Shown piece by piece: positions 38,701 through 49,768 of a stretch of DNA of 49,768 nucleotides. Under the pieces are notes generated by a model. It did not search any database. It had not been told where the DNA came from and was given only the letters and a program-made list of their open reading frames with translations. This stretch comes from Schmidtea nova (lineage: Eukaryota): NCBI GenBank assembly GCA_044892505.1, contig CM097882.1, forward strand, positions 159,974,233 to 160,024,000, in the 5' to 3' direction. The number at the start of each line of letters is the position of its first letter. The first letter of the stretch is position 1. The position numbers and the translations under genes are program-made.

Positions 38701-41186
38701 ATCCTTGACATCACAAACCTATTGAAATTGTCTAAGACTGTTAGGCAAAGACAAAAGATAATTATTTAATCAATGCACCATAGAATTTTAGGTGAAACAA
38801 CAGATATTTTATATACATTATAACAAATTCCAAATATTGTACTTTTCTTTCTGATGAAAGCGGGATCAGGACAAATTTTTACAATTTGTTCGAGTTTAAA
38901 AAATGTTTTTGAAAAAATGTGATAAAGGCGAAAGATTTATTTCAAACGAAATATAAAACTCTAGTTTGAGATTTGAAATAAAACGGCAAAATTTCACATT
39001 TTTGTTACACTTATGAGGAAATTCAATTTTACTGAACTTCCTATCGCAAATATACAGGAACTGTTGATTGGTTTAGAATTCTGTAACAACTTAAAGTTAG
39101 TCTAGATAAGAAATTGGTGAAATAATGTCGATTCGTTGTCAAATTTTTTCTATGCAAAACATGTTAAAATGCATATGGGTAAATTGATTATGTAAAATAA
39201 AGTGATTTGTATTAGTATTTTATCGCTTCTAGCTTCATAGCTATGATCAAAAGTGTAAGAACTGTTCTTCTCAGTTTAATCTCTGGGACAAAGCTCATTG
39301 AGCTTAATTCGAGATTAAATTGATTTTTGTAACTTGACAGACGCTCCAAGGCTTGCCTAGCTCTGTCGTAGTGGACCTTACATTGCATTACAGTTTGGTC
39401 TGCTTGTTTAAAATAAAATAAAATTAGAAATTTCCAATGACTTATTTAGTTTATATAATATATAACGGCTTTAGACAATCATGACATTGTTTGCAACATT
39501 TTTTTCCCAGTCACACTGATAATTTTCCATATGTAGATTTTTGAAACATAAAAAGTACATGGCCTTGAAAATTTAGATTGTTTTTAAACAAACATTTACG
39601 TGTCCGACACTGTAGAAATTTACAAAATTTATCCTTGACATCACAAACCTATTGAAATTGTCTAAGACTGTTAGGTAAAGACAAAAGATAATTATTTAAT
39701 CAATGCACCATAGAATTTTAGGTGAAACAACAGATATTTTATATACATTATAACAAATTCCAAATATCGTACTTTTCTTTCTGATGAAAGCGGGATCAGG
39801 ACAAATTTTTACAATTTGTTCGAGTTTAAAAAATGTTTTTGAAAAAATGAGATAAAGGCGAAAGATTTATTTCAAACGAAATATAAAACTCTAGTTTGAG
39901 ATTTGAAATAAAACGGCAAAATTTCACATTTTTGTTACACTTATGAGGAAATTCAATTTTACTGAAGTTCCTATCGCAAATATACAGGAACTGTTGATTG
40001 GTTTAGAATTCTGTAACAACTTAAAGTTAGTCTAGATAAGAAATTGGTGAAATAATGTCGATTCGTTGTCAAATTTTTTCTATGCAAAACATGTTAAAAT
40101 GCATATGGGTAAATTGATTATGTAAAATAAAGTGATTTGTATTAGTATTTTATCGCTTCTAGCTTCATAGCTATGATCAAAAGTGTAAGAACTGTTCTTC
40201 TCAGTTTAATCTCTGGGACAAAGCTCATTGAGCTTAATTCGAGATTAAATTGATTTTTGTAACTTGACAGACGCTCCAAGGCTTGCCTAGCTCTGTCGTA
40301 GTGGACCTTACATTGCATTACAGTTTGGTCTGCTTGTTTAAAATAAAATAAAATTAGAAATTTCCAATGACTTATTTAGTTTATATAATATATAACGGCT
40401 TTAGACAATCATGACATTGTTTGCAACATTTTTTTCCCAGTCACACTGATAATTTTCCATATGTAGATTTTTGAAACATAAAAAGTACATGGCCTTGAAA
40501 ATTTAGATTGTTTTTAAACAAACATTTACGTGTCCGACACTGTAGAAATTTACAAAATTTATCCTTGACATCACAAACCTATTGAAATTGTCTAAGACTG
40601 TTAGGCAAAGACAAAAGATAATTATTTAATCAATGCACCATAGAATTTTAGGTGAAACAACAGATATTTTATATACATTATAACAAATTCCAAATATTGT
40701 ACTTTTCTTTCTGATGAAAGCGGGATCAGGACAAATTTTTACAATTTGTTCGAGTTTAAAAAATGTTTTTGAAAAAATGTGATAAAGGCGAAAGATTTAT
40801 TTCAAACGAAATATAAAACTCTAGTTTGAGATTTGAAATAAAACGGCAAAATTTCACATTTTTGTTACACTTATGAGGAAATTCAATTTTACTGAACTTC
40901 CTATCGCAAATATACAGGAACTGTTGATTGGTTTAGAATTCTGTAACAACTTAAAGTTAGTCTAGATAAGAAATTGGTGAAATAATGTCGATTCGTTGTC
41001 AAATTTTTTCTATGCAAAACATGTTAAAATGCATATGGGTAAATTGATTATGTAAAATAAAGTGATTTGTATTAGTATTTTATCGCTTCTAGCTTCATAG
41101 CTATGATCAAAAGTGTAAGAACTGTTCTTCTCAGTTTAATCTCTGGGACAAAGCTCATTGAGCTTAATTCGAGATTAAATTGATTT

Positions 41187-41426
41187 NNNNNNNNNNNNNN
41201 NNNNNNNNNNNNNNNNNNNNNNNNNNNNNNNNNNNNNNNNNNNNNNNNNNNNNNNNNNNNNNNNNNNNNNNNNNNNNNNNNNNNNNNNNNNNNNNNNNNN
41301 NNNNNNNNNNNNNNNNNNNNNNNNNNNNNNNNNNNNNNNNNNNNNNNNNNNNNNNNNNNNNNNNNNNNNNNNNNNNNNNNNNNNNNNNNNNNNNNNNNNN
41401 NNNNNNNNNNNNNNNNNNNNNNNNNN
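41187..41426. other. Assembly gap (240 N) inside the array
   Basis: Run of N. In-phase continuation would need 141 bp plus a multiple of 930, so the monomer phase shifts by 99 bp across it. Confidence 1.
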
Positions 41427-44400
41427 GCTTTAGACAATCATGACATTGTTTGCAACATTTTTTTCCCAGTCACACTGATAATTTTCCATATGTAGATTTT
41501 TGAAACATAAAAAGTACATGGCCTTGAAAATTTAGATTGTTTTTAAACAAACATTTACGTGTCCGACACTGTAGAAATTTACAAAATTTATCCTTGACAT
41601 CACAAACCTATTGAAATTGTCTAAGACTGTTAGGTAAAGACAAAAGATAATTATTTAATCAATGCACCATAGAATTTTAGGTGAAACAACAGATATTTTA
41701 TATACATTATAACAAATTCCAAATATCGTACTTTTCTTTCTGATGAAAGCGGGATCAGGACAAATTTTTACAATTTGTTCGAGTTTAAAAAATGTTTTTG
41801 AAAAAATGTGATAAAGGCGAAAGATTTATTTCAAACGAAATATAAAACTCTAGTTTGAGATTTGAAATAAAACGGCAAAATTTCACATTTTTGTTACACT
41901 TATGAGGAAATTCAATTTTACTGAAGTTCCTATCGCAAATATACAGGAACTGTTGATTGGTTTAGAATTCTGTAACAACTTAAAGTTAGTCTAGATAAGA
42001 AATTGGTGAAATAATGTCGATTCGTTGTCAAATTTTTTCTATGCAAAACATGTTAAAATGCATATGGGTAAATTGATTATGTAAAATAAAGTGATTTGTA
42101 TTAGTATTTTATCGCTTCTAGCTTCATAGCTATGATCAAAAGTGTAAGAACTGTTCTTCTCAGTTTAATCTCTGGGACAAAGCTCATTGAGCTTAATTCG
42201 AGATTAAATTGATTTTTGTAACTTGACAGACGCTCCAAGGCTTGCCTAGCTCTGTCGTAGTGGACCTTACATTGCATTACAGTTTGGTCTGCTTGTTTAA
42301 AATAAAATAAAATTAGAAATTTCCAATGACTTATTTAGTTTATATAATATATAACGGCTTTAGACAATCATGACATTGTTTGCAACATTTTTTTCCCAGT
42401 CACACTGATAATTTTCCATATGTAGATTTTTGAAACATAAAAAGTACATGGCCTTGAAAATTTAGATTGTTTTTAAACAAACATTTACGTGTCCGACACT
42501 GTAGAAATTTACAAAATTTATCCTTGACATCACAAACCTATTGAAATTGTCTAAGACTGTTAGGTAAAGACAAAAGATAATTATTTAATCAATGCACCAT
42601 AGAATTTTAGGTGAAACAACAGATATTTTATATACATTATAACAAATTCCAAATATCGTACTTTTCTTTCTGATGAAAGCGGGATCAGGACAAATTTTTA
42701 CAATTTGTTCGAGTTTAAAAAATGTTTTTGAAAAAATGTGATAAAGGCGAAAGATTTATTTCAAACGAAATATAAAACTCTAGTTTGAGATTTGAAATAA
42801 AACGGCAAAATTTCACATTTTTGTTACACTTATGAGGAAATTCAATTTTACTGAACTTCCTATCGCAAATATACAGGAACTGTTGATTGGTTTAGAATTC
42901 TGTAACAACTTAAAGTTAGTCTAGATAAGAAATTGGTGAAATAATGTCGATTCGTTGTCAAATTTTTTCTATGCAAAACATGTTAAAATGCATATGGGTA
43001 AATTGATTATGTAAAATAAAGTGATTTGTATTAGTATTTTATCGCTTCTAGCTTCATAGCTATGATCAAAAGTGTAAGAACTGTTCTTCTCAGTTTAATC
43101 TCTGGGACAAAGCTCATTGAGCTTAATTCGAGATTAAATTGATTTTTGTAACTTGACAGACGCTCCAAGGCTTGCCTAGCTCTGTCGTAGTGGACCTTAC
43201 ATTGCATTACAGTTTGGTCTGCTTGTTTAAAATAAAATAAAATTAGAAATTTCCAATGACTTATTTAGTTTATATAATATATAACGGCTTTAGACAATCA
43301 TGACATTGTTTGCAACATTTTTTTCCCAGTCACACTGATAATTTTCCATATGTAGATTTTTGAAACATAAAAAGTACATGGCCTTGAAAATTTAGATTGT
43401 TTTTAAACAAACATTTACGTGTCCGACACTGTAGAAATTTACAAAATTTATCCTTGACATCACAAACCTATTGAAATTGTCTAAGACTGTTAGGTAAAGA
43501 CAAAAGATAATTATTTAATCAATGCACCCATAGAATTTTAGGTGAAACAACAGATATTTTATATACATTATAACAAATTCCAAATATCGTACTTTTCTTT
43601 CTGATGAAAGCGGGATCAGGACAAATTTTTACAATTTGTTCGAGTTTAAAAAATGTTTTTGAAAAAATGTGATAAAGGCGAAAGATTTATTTCAAACGAA
43701 ATATAAAACTCTAGTTTGAGATTTGAAATAAAACGGCAAAATTTCACATTTTTGTTACACTTATGAGGAAATTCAATTTTACTGAAGTTCCTATCGCAAA
43801 TATACAGGAACTGTTGATTGGTTTAGAATTCTGTAACAACTTAAAGTTAGTCTAGATAAGAAATTGGTGAAATAATGTCGATTCGTTGTCAAATTTTTTC
43901 TATGCAAAACATGTTAAAATGCATATGGGTAAATTGATTATGTAAAATAAAGTGATTTGTATTAGTATTTTATCGCTTCTAGCTTCATAGCTATGATCAA
44001 AAGTGTAAGAACTGTTCTTCTCAGTTTAATCTCTGGGACAAAGCTCATTGAGCTTAATTCGAGATTAAATTGATTTTTGTAACTTGACAGACGCTCCAAG
44101 GCTTGCCTAGCTCTGTCGTAGTGGACCTTACATTGCATTACAGTTTGGTCTGCTTGTTTAAAATAAAATAAAATTAGAAATTTCCAATGACTTATTTAGT
44201 TTATATAATATATAACGGCTTTAGACAATCATGACATTGTTTGCAACATTTTTTTCCCAGTCACACTGATAATTTTCCATATGTAGATTTTTGAAACATA
44301 AAAAGTACATGGCCTTGAAAATTTAGATTGTTTTTAAACAAACATTTACGTGTCCGACACTGTAGAAATTTACAAAATTTATCCTTGACATCACAAACCT

Positions 44401-47400
44401 ATTGAAATTGTCTAAGACTGTTAGGTAAAGACAAAAGATAATTATTTAATCAATGCACCATAGAATTTTAGGTGAAACAACAGATATTTTATATACATTA
44501 TAACAAATTCCAAATATCGTACTTTTCTTTCTGATGAAAGCGGGATCAGGACAAATTTTTACAATTTGTTCGAGTTTAAAAAATGTTTTTGAAAAAATGT
44601 GATAAAGGCGAAAGATTTATTTCAAACGAAATATAAAACTCTAGTTTGAGATTTGAAATAAAACGGCAAAATTTCACATTTTTGTTACACTTATGAGGAA
44701 ATTCAATTTTACTGAAGTTCCTATCGCAAATATACAGGAACTGTTGATTGGTTTAGAATTCTGTAACAACTTAAAGTTAGTCTAGATAAGAAATTGGTGA
44801 AATAATGTCGATTCGTTGTCAAATTTTTTCTATGCAAAACATGTTAAAATGCATATGGGTAAATTGATTATGTAAAATAAAGTGATTTGTATTAGTATTT
44901 TATCGCTTCTAGCTTCATAGCTATGATCAAAAGTGTAAGAACTGTTCTTCTCAGTTTAATCTCTGGGACAAAGCTCATTGAGCTTAATTCGAGATTAAAT
45001 TGATTTTTGTAACTTGACAGACGCTCCAAGGCTTGCCTAGCTCTGTCGTAGTGGACCTTACATTGCATTACAGTTTGGTCTGCTTGTTTAAAATAAAATA
45101 AAATTAGAAATTTCCAATGACTTATTTAGTTTATATAATATATAACGGCTTTAGACAATCATGACATTGTTTGCAACATTTTTTTCCCAGTCACACTGAT
45201 AATTTTCCATATGTAGATTTTTGAAACATAAAAAGTACATGGCCTTGAAAATTTAGATTGTTTTTAAACAAACATTTACGTGTCCGACACTGTAGAAATT
45301 TACAAAAATTTATCCTTGACATCACAAACCTATTGAAATTGTCTAAGACTGTTAGGTAAAGACAAAAGATAATTATTTAATCAATGCACCATAGAATTTT
45401 AGGTGAAACAACAGATATTTTATATACATTATAACAAATTCCAAATATCGTACTTTTCTTTCTGATGAAAGCGGGATCAGGACAAATTTTTACAATTTGT
45501 TCGAGTTTAAAAAATGTTTTTGAAAAAATGTGATAAAGGCGAAAGATTTATTTCAAACGAAATATAAAACTCTAGTTTGAGATTTGAAATAAAACGGCAA
45601 AATTTCACATTTTTGTTACACTTATGAGGAAATTCAATTTTACTGAACTTCCTATCGCAAATATACAGGAACTGTTGATTGGTTTAGAATTCTGTAACAA
45701 CTTAAAGTTAGTCTAGATAAGAAATTGGTGAAATAATGTCGATTCGTTGTCAAATTTTTTCTATGCAAAACATGTTAAAATGCATATGGGTAAATTGATT
45801 ATGTAAAATAAAGTGATTTGTATTAGTATTTTATCGCTTCTAGCTTCATAGCTATGATCAAAAGTGTAAGAACTGTTCTTCTCAGTTTAATCTCTGGGAC
45901 AAAGCTCATTGAGCTTAATTCGAGATTAAATTGATTTTTGTAACTTGACAGACGCTCCAAGGCTTGCCTAGCTCTGTCGTAGTGGACCTTACATTGCATT
46001 ACAGTTTGGTCTGCTTGTTTAAAATAAAATAAAATTAGAAATTTCCAATGACTTATTTAGTTTATATAATATATAACGGCTTTAGACAATCATGACATTG
46101 TTTGCAACATTTTTTTCCCAGTCACACTGATAATTTTCCATATGTAGATTTTTGAAACATAAAAAGTACATGGCCTTGAAAATTTAGATTGTTTTTAAAC
46201 AAACATTTACGTGTCCGACACTGTAGAAATTTACAAAATTTATCCTTGACATCACAAACCTATTGAAATTGTCTAAGACTGTTAGGTAAAGACAAAAGAT
46301 AATTATTTAATCAATGCACCATAGAATTTTAGGTGAAACAACAGATATTTTATATACATTATAACAAATTCCAAATATCGTACTTTTCTTTCTGATGAAA
46401 GCGGGATCAGGACAAATTTTTACAATTTGTTCGAGTTTAAAAAATGTTTTTGAAAAAATGTGATAAAGGCGAAAGATTTATTTCAAACGAAATATAAAAC
46501 TCTAGTTTGAGATTTGAAATAAAACGGCAAAATTTCACATTTTTGTTACACTTATGAGGAAATTCAATTTTACTGAAGTTCCTATCGCAAATATACAGGA
46601 ACTGTTGATTGGTTTAGAATTCTGTAACAACTTAAAGTTAGTCTAGATAAGAAATTGGTGAAATAATGTCGATTCGTTGTCAAATTTTTTCTATGCAAAA
46701 CATGTTAAAATGCATATGGGTAAATTGATTATGTAAAATAAAGTGATTTGTATTAGTATTTTATCGCTTCTAGCTTCATAGCTATGATCAAAAGTGTAAG
46801 AACTGTTCTTCTCAGTTTAATCTCTGGGACAAAGCTCATTGAGCTTAATTCGAGATTAAATTGATTTTTGTAACTTGACAGACGCTCCAAGGCTTGCCTA
46901 GCTCTGTCGTAGTGGACCTTACATTGCATTACAGTTTGGTCTGCTTGTTTAAAATAAAATAAAATTAGAAATTTCCAATGACTTATTTAGTTTATATAAT
47001 ATATAACGGCTTTAGACAATCATGACATTGTTTGCAACATTTTTTTCCCAGTCACACTGATAATTTTCCATATGTAGATTTTTGAAACATAAAAAGTACA
47101 TGGCCTTGAAAATTTAGATTGTTTTTAAACAAACATTTACGTGTCCGACACTGTAGAAATTTACAAAATTTATCCTTGACATCACAAACCTATTGAAATT
47201 GTCTAAGACTGTTAGGTAAAGACAAAAGATAATTATTTAATCAATGCACCATAGAATTTTAGGTGAAACAACAGATATTTTATATACATTATAACAAATT
47301 CCAAATATCGTACTTTTCTTTCTGATGAAAGCGGGATCAGGACAAATTTTTACAATTTGTTCGAGTTTAAAAAATGTTTTTGAAAAAATGTGATAAAGGC

Positions 47401-49768
47401 GAAAGATTTATTTCAAACGAAATATAAAACTCTAGTTTGAGATTTGAAATAAAACGGCAAAATTTCACATTTTTGTTACACTTATGAGGAAATTCAATTT
47501 TACTGAACTTCCTATCGCAAATATACAGGAACTGTTGATTGGTTTAGAATTCTGTAACAACTTAAAGTTAGTCTAGATAAGAAATTGGTGAAATAATGTC
47601 GATTCGTTGTCAAATTTTTTCTATGCAAAACATGTTAAAATGCATATGGGTAAATTGATTATGTAAAATAAAGTGATTTGTATTAGTATTTTATCGCTTC
47701 TAGCTTCATAGCTATGATCAAAAGTGTAAGAACTGTTCTTCTCAGTTTAATCTCTGGGACAAAGCTCATTGAGCTTAATTCGAGATTAAATTGATTTTTG
47801 TAACTTGACAGACGCTCCAAGGCTTGCCTAGCTCTGTCGTAGTGGACCTTACATTGCATTACAGTTTGGTCTGCTTGTTTAAAATAAAATAAAATTAGAA
47901 ATTTCCAATGACTTATTTAGTTTATATAATATATAACGGCTTTAGACAATCATGACATTGTTTGCAACATTTTTTTCCCAGTCACACTGATAATTTTCCA
48001 TATGTAGATTTTTGAAACATAAAAAGTACATGGCCTTGAAAATTTAGATTGTTTTTAAACAAACATTTACGTGTCCGACACTGTAGAAATTTACAAAATT
48101 TATCCTTGACATCACAAACCTATTGAAATTGTCTAAGACTGTTAGGTAAAGACAAAAGATAATTATTTAATCAATGCACCATAGAATTTTAGGTGAAACA
48201 ACAGATATTTTATATACATTATAACAAATTCCAAATATCGTACTTTTCTTTCTGATGAAAGCGGGATCAGGACAAATTTTTACAATTTGTTCGAGTTTAA
48301 AAAATGTTTTTGAAAAAATGTGATAAAGGCGAAAGATTTATTTCAAACGAAATATAAAACTCTAGTTTGAGATTTGAAATAAAACGGCAAAATTTCACAT
48401 TTTTGTTACACTTATGAGGAAATTCAATTTTACTGAACTTCCTATCGCAAATATACAGGAACTGTTGATTGGTTTAGAATTCTGTAACAACTTAAAGTTA
48501 GTCTAGATAAGAAATTGGTGAAATAATGTCGATTCGTTGTCAAATTTTTTCTATGCAAAACATGTTAAAATGCATATGGGTAAATTGATTATGTAAAATA
48601 AAGTGATTTGTATTAGTATTTTATCGCTTCTAGCTTCATAGCTATGATCAAAAGTGTAAGAACTGTTCTTCTCAGTTTAATCTCTGGGACAAAGCTCATT
48701 GAGCTTAATTCGAGATTAAATTGATTTTTGTAACTTGACAGACGCTCCAAGGCTTGCCTAGCTCTGTCGTAGTGGACCTTACATTGCATTACAGTTTGGT
48801 CTGCTTGTTTAAAATAAAATAAAATTAGAAATTTCCAATGACTTATTTAGTTTATATAATATATAACGGCTTTAGACAATCATGACATTGTTTGCAACAT
48901 TTTTTTCCCAGTCACACTGATAATTTTCCATATGTAGATTTTTGAAACATAAAAAGTACATGGCCTTGAAAATTTAGATTGTTTTTAAACAAACATTTAC
49001 GTGTCCGACACTGTAGAAATTTACAAAATTTATCCTTGACATCACAAACCTATTGAAATTGTCTAAGACTGTTAGGTAAAGACAAAAGATAATTATTTAA
49101 TCAATGCACCATAGAATTTTAGGTGAAACAACAGATATTTTATATACATTATAACAAATTCCAAATATCGTACTTTTCTTTCTGATGAAAGCGGGATCAG
49201 GACAAATTTTTACAATTTGTTCGAGTTTAAAAAATGTTTTTGAAAAAATGTGATAAAGGCGAAAGATTTATTTCAAACGAAATATAAAACTCTAGTTTGA
49301 GATTTGAAATAAAACGGCAAAATTTCACATTTTTGTTACACTTATGAGGAAATTCAATTTTACTGAAGTTCCTATCGCAAATATACAGGAACTGTTGATT
49401 GGTTTAGAATTCTGTAACAACTTAAAGTTAGTCTAGATAAGAAATTGGTGAAATAATGTCGATTCGTTGTCAAATTTTTTCTATGCAAAACATGTTAAAA
49501 TGCATATGGGTAAATTGATTATGTAAAATAAAGTGATTTGTATTAGTATTTTATCGCTTCTAGCTTCATAGCTATGATCAAAAGTGTAAGAACTGTTCTT
49601 CTCAGTTTAATCTCTGGGACAAAGCTCATTGAGCTTAATTCGAGATTAAATTGATTTTTGTAACTTGACAGACGCTCCAAGGCTTGCCTAGCTCTGTCGT
49701 AGTGGACCTTACATTGCATTACAGTTTGGTCTGCTTGTTTAAAATAAAATAAAATTAGAAATTTCCAA

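Larger units (their letters stand above)
3906..49768. repeat. Head-to-tail tandem array (macrosatellite) of a 930-bp monomer, about 49 copies in the window, running off the right edge
   Basis: AGCTATGATCAAAAGTG starts at 3906, 4836, 5766, 6696, 7626, 8555, 9485 ... 41099, 42128 ... 48640, 49570. Monomers are 930 bp, 929 bp (A5->A4) or 931 bp (two single insertions). I saw nine variable sites before the gap. Confidence 0.99.

Noticed and set aside
41072-41443. ORFs of 121 and 87 aa in the ORF track
   Set aside because: They exist only because the N gap contains no stop codons.
43525-45310. Single-base insertions (GCACCCA near 43529, ACAAAAAT near 45307) as biological variants
   Set aside because: Each occurs once and lengthens a homopolymer, typical of long-read consensus error; unverifiable without reads.
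3906-49768. rDNA, 5S, tRNA, histone, snRNA or spliced-leader gene array
   Set aside because: No recognisable conserved motif. ATTTTTG Sm-like sites (3990, 4204), AGTTTGAG (4560) and GCCGTTA (- strand, ~4136) are short partial matches expected in AT-rich DNA. An Infernal/Rfam scan of one monomer would be decisive.
3906-49768. CRISPR array or prokaryotic system
   Set aside because: The repeats are 930 bp and contiguous with no unique spacers, there are no cas-like or other long ORFs, and the context is eukaryotic.

Overview
AT-rich eukaryotic DNA, probably from an invertebrate animal (inferred from mariner and hAT relics and short GT-AG introns). No complete gene, RNA gene or CRISPR array is supported. 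Bases 1-3905 are a compact mosaic: an internally deleted Buster/Charlie-type hAT end inserted into a decayed mariner transposase (233-644), a foldback-like unit of two ~155-bp inverted arms enclosing an AT-rich minisatellite (1138-3123), and two short convergent exon-like reading frames whose stop codons lie 29 bp apart (+ strand ending 3849, - strand ending 3879). From 3906 to the window end there is a head-to-tail array of a 930-bp monomer (about 49 copies, at most 7 differences between monomers by my reading), broken by a 240-N gap at 41187-41426. The monomer appears to be an amplified piece of the - strand gene: its reading frame runs out of the first copy into unique flank. Rare variants define a 10-monomer (9298-bp) higher-order repeat over 9485-32729 and a different homogeneous monomer haplotype after the gap. 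All alignments, counts and translations were done by eye; protein family calls rest on remembered motifs, not database searches.
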